The notes under the pieces are model-generated. The model was not told the origin of the DNA, searched no databases, and saw only the letters and a list, made by a program, of their open reading frames with translations. 34,091 nt of DNA from Chiloscyllium plagiosum (Eukaryota). Position 1 is the first letter of the stretch. The number at the start of each line of letters is the position of its first letter. The stretch lies in assembly GCF_004010195.1 (NCBI RefSeq), contig NC_057719.1, positions 91,696,512 to 91,730,602 of the forward strand, read 5' to 3'. The position numbers and the translations under genes were made by a program. Positions 23,561 through 34,091 of this stretch are shown here, one piece after another.

Positions 23561-24206
23561 TTTATTTTTATTTGAACATGACATGCCTAGGAATATTTTA
23601 CAGACCCATGCAAATTCGTCTAAGTTATTTAGTGTTATTCAAAGCATCAAAGTATTTACATTACTGTAATGTTGCAAGATTTCAATAAGTCAAACAGATT
23701 GACTTCTAACAGTTACAAGAGCTAAACCAACTTTGGGGGAAAAAAGATCAAAACAATGACACTTTTAAAAGGAGGAAGACAGACAAAAGACAGCGACAAC
23801 ATGGTCAGTGAGGGAGAGAGAGTAAGGAACCTATGCTGCTAACTGACACAGGAGTGAATCTGCACAGTTACTGCCTGTGCTGTTTGTGGTTATATATCCC
23901 TGGGCATTGGAGTGCGTCGAGGAAAAATGAACATACAGCAAAATTCACAGCTGACCTTGAAGAAACCTGTGTGGGAGAGGTCACAGCATAAGAACAGATA
24001 AGTGCATAGTTTTTATGTGTAACCTTGCTGTAAGTCTACAGTAGTGAGTAGAGTGGGTTCTTTCCTGAATATATGTTTTATTGAAATCTGTCTCTTGATT
24101 ACATTTTAAAAATATAAACCATAAGTACTAAGTTAGCCTGGAGCACTTTTTTTAGAGCAATAAAACAATGCTATTTTCTGAGTCTGTAGATTGTGAAGGA
24201 GCAAGG

Positions 24207-25126
24207 ATGGCCATTAGTAGAGTGATGTGCTCTTCCTGTCAGATGTGGGAGTTTAGGGAAAGTTTCCATGTAACTGAGGATTATGTCTACAGTAAGTGTC
24301 TTTGGTTGTGAATCCTATCAAATCGTGTGGATCGGTTGGAGTGGCGGTTAGAGGCAATGAGGAATTTACAAGAGCGAGGGGGTATGATGGATGGCAGTTA
24401 TAGGAAGGGAGAAAAGCTGCAGATACAGTCAGGTAGATGGGTTAGGCAGGTAGAAGGGATAGGCAGGTAATGCAGGAGTCCTCTGTGACTATCCCCATCT
24501 CAAACAAGTATGCTGTTTTGTTAAATGTAGGGAGTGATAGACTCTCAGGGGAATGTAGCACAAACAGCCAAATTTCTGGTATTGGAACTGGCTCAAATGT
24601 AATCAGGGGTACATCAGATTCCAAACGATCAATTGTGATAGAGGACTCTCTAGTCAGAGATACAGCCAGCCGCAGCGAAAAATCAAAATAGTGTGTTGCC
24701 TCTCTGGTGCCAAGATCAAGGATGTCTCAGAGAAGGTGCAGAATGTTCTTAAGGGGGAGAGGACCCAGCAGGAAGCCATTGTACACATTGGAACTAATGA
24801 CATAGGAAGGGAAAAGGATGAGATTCTGAAGAGAGAATATAGAATGTTAGACAGGAATTTAAAAAGGAGGTCCTCAAGAGTAGTAATATCTGGATTATTT
24901 CCTGTTGCTACGAGCTAATGAAGGTAGAAATAGGAAGATAGAGCAGATGAATGCATGGCTGAGGAGCTGGTATTTAGGAGAAGAATTCACATTTTTGGAT
25001 CATTGGAATCTCTTCTGGGGTGGAAATCACATGTACAAGAAGGATGGATTGCAACTGAATTGGAAGGGGGCTAACATACTGGCAGGGAGATCTGCTGGAG
25101 CTGCTCGAGAGGATTTAAACCAGTAA
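24207..25126 (+). pseudogene. CR1 ORF1 (Cys motif/coiled coil + SGNH esterase), disrupted
   Basis: MAISRVMCSSCQMWE..., VIEDSLVR, VHIGTNDI, KKDGLQLN; contains stops and frameshifts. Confidence 0.88.
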
Positions 25127-26299
25127 GGTGGAGGGGGGTGGGACCCAGGGAAATAGTGAGGAAAGAGATCAATCTGAGATTGGTACTGTTGGGAAAAGGA
25201 GCAAGTCAAACAGTCAGGACAGGCAGGAACAAAGCAGAGAACGAGGTAGGACTGATAAATTAAACAGAATTTATTTCAGTGCATGAGGCCAAACAGGGAA
25301 GGCAGATGAATGCAGGGCACAGTTAGGAACATGGGACTGGGATATCATAGCAATTACAGAGACGTGGCTAAAGGATGGAAAGGACTGACAGTTTCATGTT
25401 CCAGGATACAAATGCTACAGGACGGATAGAAAAGGGGGCAAGAGAGGAGGGGGAGTGGTGCATTTTTGATAAAAAATAGCATTTCAGCTGTACCTAGGGA
25501 GGATATTCCTGGGAATGCATCCAGAGAAGTTATTTGGGTGGAACTGAGAAATAAAAAAGGGATGATCACCTTATTAGGATTGTATTATAGACCTCTAATA
25601 GTCAGCGGAAAATTGAAAAACAAATTTGTAAGGAGATTTCAGTTATCTGTAAAAGTAGTAGGGTGGGTATGATGGAAGATTTTAACTTTCCAAGTATAGA
25701 CTGGGACTGCCAGTGTTAAGGGTTCAGATGGAGAGGAATTTGTTCAGTGTGTGCAAGAAAATTTTCTGATTCAGTACCTACCAGAGAAGGTGCAAAACCT
25801 GACCTACTTTGGGGAAATAAGGCAGGTAGGTGACTGAGGTGTCAGTGGGGGAGCACTTTGGGGCTCACGACCATAATTCTATCTGTTTTAAAACAGTGAT
25901 GGAAAATGATAGACCGGATCTAAAAGTTGAAGTTCCAAATTGGAGGAAAGCTAATTTTGATGGCATTAGGCAAGAACTTTCAAAAGTTGATTGGGTGCAG
26001 ATGTTCACAGGTAAAGGAACAGCTGGAAAATGGGAAGCCTTCAGAAATGAGATAACGAGAATCCAGAGAAAGTATATTCCTGTTAGGATGAAAGAAAAAG
26101 CTGGTATGTTTAGGGAATGCTGGATGATTAGAGAAATCGACGGTTTGGTTAAGAAAAAGAAAAAAGCATATGACAGGTTTAGACAGCAGAGATTGAATAG
26201 GTAAAAACAATGACAGCAGATGCTGGAAACCCGATTTTAGATTAGAGTGGTGCTGGAAAAGCACAGCAGTTCAGGCAGCATCCGAGGAGCAGGAAAATC

Positions 26300-26327
26300 G
26301 ACGTTTCAGGCAAAAGCCCTTCATCAG
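26300..26327 (-). ncRNA. Minimal hammerhead ribozyme core
   Basis: CTGATGA-A-GGGC-TTTT-GCCT-GAAAC-GTC, with a G-U pair at the base of helix II. Confidence 0.6.
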
Positions 26328-26344
26328 GAATAGAGCCTCTATTC

Positions 26345-26372
26345 CTGATGAAGGGCTTTTGCCCGAAACGTC
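26345..26372 (+). ncRNA. Minimal type I hammerhead ribozyme core
   Basis: CTGATGA-A-GGGC-TTTT-GCCC-GAAAC-GTC; palindromic ACGT in helix III; weak helix I (attc/gatt). Confidence 0.7.
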
Positions 26373-26661
26373 GATTTTCCTGCTCCTCGGATGCTGCCTG
26401 AACTGCTGTGCTTTTCCAGCACCACTTTAATCTAGAAGCAGAGATTGAGTGAATCCTTAATAGAGTATATAGGCAGTAGGAATATACTGAAGAGGGAAAT
26501 CAGGAGTGCAAAAATGGTACATGAGTTAGCTTTGACAAATAAGGTTAAGGAAAGTCCAAAGGGTTTTTACAAATACATTAAGGACAAAAGGGTAACTAGG
26601 GAGAGAATAGGCCCGCTCAAAGATCAGCAAGGCGGCCTTTGTGTGGAGCTGCAAGAGATGG

Positions 26662-26731
26662 GGAAGATACTAAATGGGTATTTTGTGTCAGTGATTGGAA
26701 GATACTAAATGGGTATTTTGTGTCAGTGATT
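26662..26731 (+). repeat. Perfect 35-bp tandem duplication in CR1 ORF2
   Basis: ggaagatactaaatgggtattttgtgtcagtgatt x2. Confidence 0.95.
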
Positions 26732-26913
26732 ACTGTGGAAAAGGACATGGAAGATATAGAATGTAGGGAAATAGATGGTGACATCTTGAAAAATGTTCAT
26801 ATTACAGAGGAAAAGATACTGGATGTCTTGAAACATGTATAGTGCATTCCCCAGGACCTGATCAGGTGTACCCTAGAACTCTATGGGAAGCTAGGGAAGT
26901 GATTGCTGGGCCC

Positions 26914-27015
26914 ATTCCTGAAGAAGGGCTTATGCCCGAAACGTCGATTCTCCTGTTCCCTGGATGCTGCCTGACCTGCTGCGCTTTTCCAGCAACACAT
27001 TTTCCAGCAACACAT
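26914..27015 (+). mobile_element. Penelope pLTR fragment with an intact hammerhead core (26918-26945)
   Basis: CTGAAGA-A-GGGC-TTAT-GCCC-GAAAC-GTC; interrupts CR1 at gattgctgggcc|ccttgctgag; ttttccagcaacaca duplicated at its end. Confidence 0.85.
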
Positions 27016-28329
27016 CCTTGCTGAGATACTTGGATCATCAATAGTCACAGTTAAGGTTCTGGAAGACTGGAGGTTGGCTAATGTGGTGCCATTATTTAAG
27101 TAAGATGGTAAGGGAAAGCCAGGGAATTATAGACTGGTGAGCCTGACATCGGTGGTGGGCAAGTTGTTGGAGGGAATCCTGAGGGAATGGATTTACATGT
27201 ATTTGGAAAGGTAAGGACTGATTAGAGATCGTCAACATGGCTTTGTGCGTGGGAAATCATGTCTCACAAACTTGATTGAGTCTTTTGAAGAAGTAATGAA
27301 GATAATTGATGAGGGCAGAACAGTGGATGTGATCTATATGGACATCAGTAAGGTGTTTGACAAGGTTCCCCATAGTAGACTTGTTAGCAAGGTTAGATCT
27401 CATGGAATAAAGGGAGAACTAGCCATTTGGATATAGAACTGGTTTGAAGGTAGAAGACAGAGGGTGGTGGTGGAGGGTTGTTTTTCACACTGGAGGCCTG
27501 TGACCAGTGGAGTGCCACAAGGATCAGTGCTGACTCTACTACTTTTCATCATTTATATAAATGATTTGGATATGAACCTAGGAGGTACAGTTAGTAAGTT
27601 TGCGGATGACACCAAAATTGCAAGTGTAGTGGACAGCAAAGAAGGTTACCTCATAGTACAATGGGATCTTGACGAGATGGGCCAATGGGCTGAGGGGTGG
27701 CAGATGAAGTTTAATCTAGATAAATGCAAGGTGCTGCATTTTGGGAAAGCAAATCATAGCAGGACTTATACACTTAATGGTAAGGTCCTAGGGAGTGTTG
27801 CTGAACAAAGAGACCTTGGAGTGCAGGTTCATAGCTCATTGAAAGTAGATTCATAGGTAGATAGTTAGTAAAGAAGGCGTTTGGTATGCTTTCCTTTATC
27901 GGTCAGAGTATTGAGTACAGGTCATGTTGCGGCTGTCCAGGACATTGGTTAGGCCACTGTTGGAATATTGTGTGCAATTCTGGTCTCCTTCCTATCGGAA
28001 AGATGTTGTGAATTTTGAAAGGGTTCAGAAAAGATTTACAAGGATGTTGCCAGGGTTGGAGGATTTGAGCTATAGGAGAGGTTGAACAGGCTGAGGCTGT
28101 TTCCCTGGAGTATCGGAGGCTGAGGGGTGACCTTATAGAGGTTTAAAAAATCATGAGGGGCATGGATAGGATAAATAGAGAAAGTCTTTCTCCTGTGCTG
28201 GAGGAGTCCAGACCTAGAGAGTATCAGTTTAGGGTGAGAGGGGAAAGATTTAAAAGGGATCTAAGGGGCAGATTTTTCACGCAAAGGGTGGTGTATGTGT
28301 GGAATGAGCTGCCAGAGAAAGTGGTGGAG

Positions 28330-30684
28330 ACAGAAAACCTGCAGGCTCTGGAATCCAATGTAGACAAGCAGGAGGTTGGAAAAACACAGCAAGCCAAGTA
28401 GATCAGGAGGTGGAGAAGTCGATGTTTTGGGTGTAACTCTTCTTCAGAACTGTGGGTGGGTGTGGGGCGAGATGCATGTAAAGGAGAGGCGGGGGGTAGG
28501 GTGGAGAGGCGGGGATAGGTGAAGACAGGTAGAGAGTATGACCTGGTTGGTCAATGAGAGGAGTGAATCCGGTTGGTGGCAGGGAGGAGTGGAAGGGAGG
28601 GAGAGGAGCTGGGAAGGGAGTCGGTGGATGAGGAGGGAGGTTATTTGAATTTGGAGAACTCAATGTTCAGTCCTCTGGGCTGTAGGGTACCCAGGCGGGA
28701 AGATGAGGTGTTGTTCCTCCAATTGGAGCTGTAGCTTGTTTTGGCAATGGAGGAGGCTGAGGATGAACATGTCAGAAAGGGCGTGGTTGGGAGAATTGAA
28801 ATGGGCGGTGATTGGATGGTTCAGTCGGTCCAGTGGACCAAGCTGCGATGCTCGGTGAGCTGTTCCTTGAGTTTACCTTCGATCTCCCCAATGTAGAGAA
28901 GACCGCGTCGGGCGCACTTGATGCAGTAAACGAGGTTGGAAGAGAGGCAGGTGACAACGAGGTTGGAAGAGAGGCAGGTAAGTCCCTCTTCAGTACCTAC
29001 ACCGTTACATCAATGACTGCATCGGTGCAGAGTCCTGCACCCAGGCTAAACTGGAGCAGTTCATCAACTTCGCCCATAACTGCCACATTGCCCTCAAATT
29101 CACTTGGTCGAACTCACTCACCTCCGTCACCTTTCTTGACCTCACCATTTCCATCTTTGGTGACAGTCTCCAGATGGATATCTACCACAAACCTACAGAC
29201 TCCCATAACCACCTGGACTGTACCTCCTCCCACCCAGTATCCTGCAAGAACTCTGTCCCATTCTCCCAATTCTTCCACCTCCACTGCATCTGCTCAGATG
29301 AGGGGCATTCCACTTGTGAGCATTGGACGAGGGGCATTCCACTCGTGAGCATCCTAGATGTCCACCTATTTTGAACAACGTGCCTTTCCTCCGTCCGTCA
29401 TCCAGCCAGCCCTCTGCATTCCCCATTCCACTGCTCTAAACCCCAGCCCTCCCAATGCAATAAAGACAGATTCCCCCTTGTCCTCACCTACCACCCCACC
29501 AGTCTCCCCATCCAATGTATCATCCTCAAATACTTCCGCCACCTCCAAATAGACCCCACCGCCAAGAACATCTCCCCCTCCTCACCCTTCTCTGCCTTCA
29601 GCGAGGACCGTTTCCTTCTATAGTCCTTGGTTCATGCCATTCCCCGCCACGGAACCCCCAGGTACCTGCTCCTGCAACCGGAAAAGATGCAAAACCTGCA
29701 GGACAACACCCCTTCACCTCCATCCGGGGTCCCAAACAGTCCTTCCAAGTGAGACAGCGGTTTACCTGCCTCTCCTCCAACCTAGTTTGCTGCATCAGGT
29801 ACTCCCGATGTGATCTTGTCTTTGTTGGGGCGGCACAGTGGCTCAGTGGTTAACATTGCTGCCTCACAGCACCAGGGATCCGGGTTCAATTCCCACCTTG
29901 GGCAACTGTCTGTGTGGAGTTTGCACATTCTCCCTGTGTCTGCGTGGGTTTCCTCCGGGTGCTCTGGTTTCCTCCCACAGTCCAAAGATGTGCAGGTTAG
30001 GGTGAATTGGCCATGTTAAATTGCCCATAGTGTTAGTCAGGAGTAAATGTAGGGGAATGGTTCTGGGTGGGTTGCTCTCCAGAGGGTCGGTGTGGACTTG
30101 TTGGGCTGAAGGGTCTGTTCCCACACTGTGGGGAATCTAATCTAATTTTCTCTACATCGGGGAGACCAAACAGAAACTTAGGGAATGGCTCACTGAGCAT
30201 CACAGCTGGGTCCGCAGGAGTCGACCGGATCTCTCAGTCACCACCCATTTCAATTCCCCCAACCACTCCCTTTCCAACATGACCATCCTAGGCCTCCTCC
30301 ATTGCCAAAACAAACTACAGCTCCTATTGGAGGTATCACATCTCTTCCACCTAGGTACCCGACAGCCCACAGTTCTCAAAATTGAGTTCTCCAATTTCAA
30401 ATAACCTCCCTCTCCATCCCTCTCCATCCGCTGACTTCCTCCCCCCTCCCTAAACTCCTCCCAGCCACCAACCGGATTCATTCTCATTGACCAATCAGGT
30501 CATACCCTCTGCCTGCCTTCACCTATCCCCACTTCACCACTCTGCCCCCAGCCTCCCCCTTTATCTGCAGCTCCCCCACACCCATCCCCACTCCTGAAGC
30601 AGGAAAAGTCAACCTGAAATGCTGACTTTTCCACCTTCTGATGCTGCCTGGTTTGTTGTGTTCTTCCAGCCTCCTGCTTGTCTG
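28330..30684. mobile_element. Penelope-like element with inverted arm: minus GIY-YIG+pLTR (28330-28980) joined to plus RT C-terminus+GIY-YIG+pLTR (28981-30684)
   Basis: DIYHKPTDSHNHLDCTSSHPVSCKNSVPFSQF, FQVRQRFTCLSSNLV.CI...YIGETK; 28450-28830 is inverted relative to 30225-30600. Flanking aagtggtggag at 28319-28329 and 30691-30701. Confidence 0.9.
29827..30145 (+). mobile_element. Full-length HE1 (V-SINE) inserted in the Penelope GIY-YIG motif
   Basis: ggggcggcacagtggctcagtggtta...gggttcaattcc...tail aatctaatctaa. Confidence 0.93.
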
Positions 30685-31406
30685 CAGAAGAAGTGGTGGA
30701 GGCTGGTGCAATTACAACATTAAAAAGGCATCTGGATGGGTATATGAATAGGAAGGGTTTAGAGGGATAAGGGCCAAGTGCTGGTAAATGGGACTAGATT
30801 AGGTTGAGATATCTGGTCGGCGAGTTGGACTGAAGGGTCTATTTCTGTGCTGTACATCTCTATGACTCTAAGTGATTCATAGAAACTAATGTTGGAAATA
30901 TTCAGCAGGCCAAGCAGCATTATAATGGAACTTCTTCACAGTATGGATCGAAATTGAACTCACCAGAGTATCCCAGAAGCAGTGGACCGCTGACCTTTTC
31001 TACTATTGAAAGTCAATGTGTGAAATCTATTCCTGCAATTCATGGCACCCATCATCATGGTGAAGGGTTATTATTCAGGAGCTTCAGAAGTGAACAATTT
31101 TTCCGTTATTTGTGTAGGACTAATACTGTACTTAGTTCAGTTCACTTGTAGAAAATGGACAGTTTGACTTTGTTACTCTTCACATTTTCCCTGCTCGTGA
31201 CTTCCTCTCTATTCACTGGAGAGATTATTTATTCAACCTGTGGAAAGTATCATTGACACCAAGTGGCCAGTGATGCCCAGGTGGCCAATCACAGCATCGG
31301 CAGTCTGATTATTGACAGAATCATGAAATCTTGAATGAACTCAGAAATTGAGTCCCTTGCAATGAATTCTTGAGAGTTGGTACATCTGCCAGCAGGGTCA
31401 TAGACG

Positions 31407-31601
31407 CATAGAGTCATCGAGACGTACAGCACGGAAACAGACCCTTCAGTCCAACCCATCCATGCTGACTAGATATCCCAACCTAATCTCGTCCCATTTG
31501 CCAGCACTTGGCCTTTGTCCCTCCAAATCCTTCCTATTCATATACCCATCCAGATGCCTTTTAAATGCTGTAATTGTACCAGCCTCCACCACTTCCTCTG
31601 C
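31407..31601 (-). mobile_element. CR1 3' end
   Basis: Reverse complement of 30684-30870 (EEVVEAGTITAFKRHLDGYMNRK + 3' UTR). Confidence 0.9.
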
Positions 31602-31696
31602 ACAGATGAGAAGTGCTGAGAGCCAGGTGGCCACCCACAAACACAGAAGGAAGCACACAGAGTGTGAATTCTCATCTTCTTTTGGTGAGTTTGGTC

Positions 31697-31774
31697 AGGT
31701 TGCCAACCCTTCAGCAATGCCCTGGAATCTCCAGGAACTGAATATTAATCCCGAAGCATCTTTGCTGGCAACCT
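31697..31774. mobile_element. Tiny MITE-like remnant with AGGTTGCCA terminal inverted repeats
   Basis: aggttgcca at 31697-31705 / tggcaacct at 31766-31774; no clear TSD. Confidence 0.5.
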
Positions 31775-32659
31775 AAACAAAAAGTCATTAAGAGTATTTA
31801 AAATGGATCTATTTTGGATTAAAGGCAGTACATAGTTGGTACTGTTGATGTTGTACTAGTTGTATTAAATTAGAATGTTACAACAACATGCATGCTTAAA
31901 ATCTGGGCCTGCATCCTGGTATTCCCAAAATTATAGTTTGGTTTTACGCATGTAGACTGTCTCACTATTTTACCAGTGGCACAGGTGAAGGACTGGTGCA
32001 GGTAGTAGCATGGCATACCATTGACCACAAAATGCATTTACCTGTATTTTGCAAGCATTTATATTGTTTTGTCACATTGTCTGGACAAAGTTAAGACTCG
32101 CACAACACCAGGTTGTTAACAGGAAACTGACTTGTTAACTTTTACCTTCCAAATATTGCTGTACTAATTCTATTTTGTTCACTATATTTGTATGTTATTT
32201 TCTTTCTGTCATGTTCTCTGCCAAATACCAATGAACTACATCTGTTGCGGTGTGTGTGTCATTAGCATCAGTTAGTATTGTGTTAACAGCAAGATATCAA
32301 TCAAATCAACAAAACTACTTTTTGGAAACCAGAGTTTTGGCTTGTGCAGCAGCTTTGCCAGAGGAACCTTTTTAATTCATTTAGTAAAGGATTTGCATGA
32401 TTCAATCTTCTTTAGTCTCTAGTGGCATGAAACAATATACTTTTAAATCAATGTGTGTTGTGTATAGTATGGAGGCTGCATTTTGTGACACCCCACTGTA
32501 ATTAACAAAAGTTGTATTGACCATACCATAAATGGAAAGCCAAACTCTCCAGCTGTATGTAGTGACAGCCAGAATGACTAGCCAGAGTTCCTGTAATTTC
32601 CCCATTAATAGCAATTGCCCTGTTATAAGTGACTGGGTTTGCTTTTTATGCATAAGAAA

Positions 32660-33025
32660 TAAAGACGTGCATGTATATCGTGCTCTTCACATTTACCAGA
32701 TATTTTGAAGTGTAGTCACTGTTCCAGTGTGGAAAACACAACAGCAAAAATGCAACACCAATGTGTGGTTATCATCTTTTGCTTTAAATTCTGTGTCTTA
32801 TTGTCCTGCTTCACAACCACCTGATGAAGGAGCAGTGCCTTGAAAGTGAATGCTTCCAAATAAACCTGTTGAACTATAACCTGGTGTTGTGTGAGTCTTA
32901 ACTTTGTCCACCCCAGTCCAACACCAGCTCCTCCAAATCATGGTTATCATCAGTTATTGTGATCTTGATTGAGGGGATGAATATTATTCAGGACATCAGG
33001 GAGAAAGCCACTGTTTTTCTTCACA
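32660..33025 (-). mobile_element. Decayed DeuSINE, interrupted at 32777-32940
   Basis: ttttgaagtgtagtcactgtt and ttgaggggatgaatatt...caggacatcagggaga resemble the reverse-complemented Deu domain and tail. Confidence 0.7.
32777..32940 (+). mobile_element. Penelope pLTR (second family) with degenerate hammerhead, 11-bp TSD
   Basis: tggttatcatc at 32766-32776 and 32941-32951; CTGATGA at 32821-32827 ... GAAA at 32842-32845. Confidence 0.82.
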
Positions 33026-33122
33026 ATTCAATGCTGAGATACAACATTGGTCAAGATTGGAACGTTCATTTTCTCTTCTTCAATATGTCATTATAATGTG
33101 AAGCAACAACAAGTTGCTAAAC

Positions 33123-33289
33123 TGTGGTAGTAGAGTCAGATACATTAGGGACATTGAAGCGACTCTTGGATAGGCACATGGGTGATAGTAAAATATAGGG
33201 TATGGAGGTTAGTTTGGTTTTAGAATAAGATAAGAGGTTGGAACAACATCAAGGGCTGAAGGGCCTGTACTGTGCTGTACTGTTCTATT
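33123..33289 (+). mobile_element. CR1 3' end fragment
   Basis: VVESDTLGTLKRLLDRHM peptide, then gggctgaagggcctgtactgtgctgtactgttctat tail. Confidence 0.8.
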
Positions 33290-33502
33290 TTTAAAATGTT
33301 GACAGGCATGTTCAGCAGCAATGCATCAATAATGCTGCAAAACTGGAAAAATTGAAAACAGCCAAGAACATTTTTTTTAAAAACCCTCTGTTATAGACAG
33401 GAAGGCCCATGACATACTGAAATGCACATTGTTCATGACAGAAATTCAATGGACAATTTGGAAATAGTTAATGTCCACAAATGGCAATATTATGTGACTA
33501 GA

Positions 33503-34091
33503 TCATAGAACATAGAACAATACAGCACAGAACAGGCCCTTCAGCCCACGATGTTGTGCCGAACATTTGTCCTAGCTTAAGCACCCATCCATGTGCCTAT
33601 CCAATTGCCGCTTAAAGGTCACCAATGATTCTGACTCTGCCACTCCCACAGGCAGCGCATTCCATGCCCCCACCACTCATTATTGGCCAGTTAACCTTCA
33701 TATCTCATTTTTCCTCTGCGTATTTCCTTCTTAGTAATCCTCTGTTGCTCTTTAAAAGCTTCCCAGTCCTCAGTTTTCCTAATTATCTTTGCTATGTTCT
33801 CCCTTTTCTCTTTTAACTTTATATGTTTCTTAACTTCCCTCGTCAGCCACGGCCGCCCATGCCTCCTCCTGGGATCTTTCTTCCTTTTAGGAATGAACTG
33901 ATCCTGCAACTTCTGCATTATACACAGAAATATCCGCCATTGTTCCTCCACGGTCATCCCTGCTAAGGTATTGCACAATTGAACTTTGGCCAGCTCCTCC
34001 CTCATAGCTCCATAATTCCCTTTATTCAACAGAAATGCTGTCACTTCCGACTGTACCCTCTCCCTCTCAAATTGCAGATAGAAGCTTATTG
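33503..34091 (-). mobile_element. CR1 LINE with a large internal deletion, running off the window
   Basis: Tail catagaacatagaac at 33503. The 3' end is joined at ~33679 directly to the post-APE part of ORF2 (ORF 33691-34044, NKGNYGAMREELAKV...PWLTREVK). Confidence 0.88.

Larger units (their letters stand above)
26199..26436. mobile_element. Palindromic Penelope pLTR insertion
   Basis: Arms 26238-26335 and 26337-26434 (98 bp, 2 mismatches, 1-nt centre). TSD agcagagattga at 26185-26196 and 26437-26448. Confidence 0.93.
23790..30870 (+). mobile_element. Near-full-length CR1 LINE (5' boundary approximate), inactivated, carrying three Penelope insertions
   Basis: ORF1, APE and RT motifs in order (WDIIAITETW, RGKSCLTNL, SGVPQGSVL, SKFADDTK, LEYCVQFWSP); tail ctctatgactcta at 30858-30870. 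Confidence 0.92.

Noticed and set aside
26199..27015. CRISPR-like or bacterial terminator/REP interpretation of the recurring hairpin repeats
   Set aside because: No repeat-spacer periodicity, vertebrate context, and the repeats are physically linked to Penelope GIY-YIG coding sequence at 7398-7883.
30950..32600. Isolated splice-like signals (~30957, ~31970-32002, ~32525-32592)
   Set aside because: No consistent exon chain or recognisable peptide.

Overview
Eukaryotic, repeat-dense genomic DNA. The repeat complement (HE1/V-SINEs, DeuSINE remnants, CR1 LINEs, Penelope-like elements) points to a shark or other cartilaginous fish; family names are from my recognition of the sequences, not from a database search. 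One host gene is visible on the minus strand. It has a CpG-island first coding exon (14491-14420, MADGQLREASLGGEPEPEPEPVVR) and a probable 81-nt second exon (10598-10518); I cannot name the gene. Most of the rest is decayed, often nested retroelements: a near-full-length CR1 (about 23790-30870), several CR1 fragments, an APE-RT LINE family, L2, Rex1/Babar, SINEs and two small MITEs. Three observations stand out. (i) About ten Penelope pseudo-LTR insertions carry minimal hammerhead-ribozyme cores, including a 98-bp-arm palindrome with a core on each strand. (ii) An apparently ORF1-less LINE starts with a tRNA-like Pol III head, and its head+tail short derivative lies in the same window. (iii) An unexplained ~175-bp inverted repeat (1524-1699 / 3293-3471) is bounded by box C/D-like motifs. 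Nearly all ORFs in the supplied track are TE fragments or spurious.
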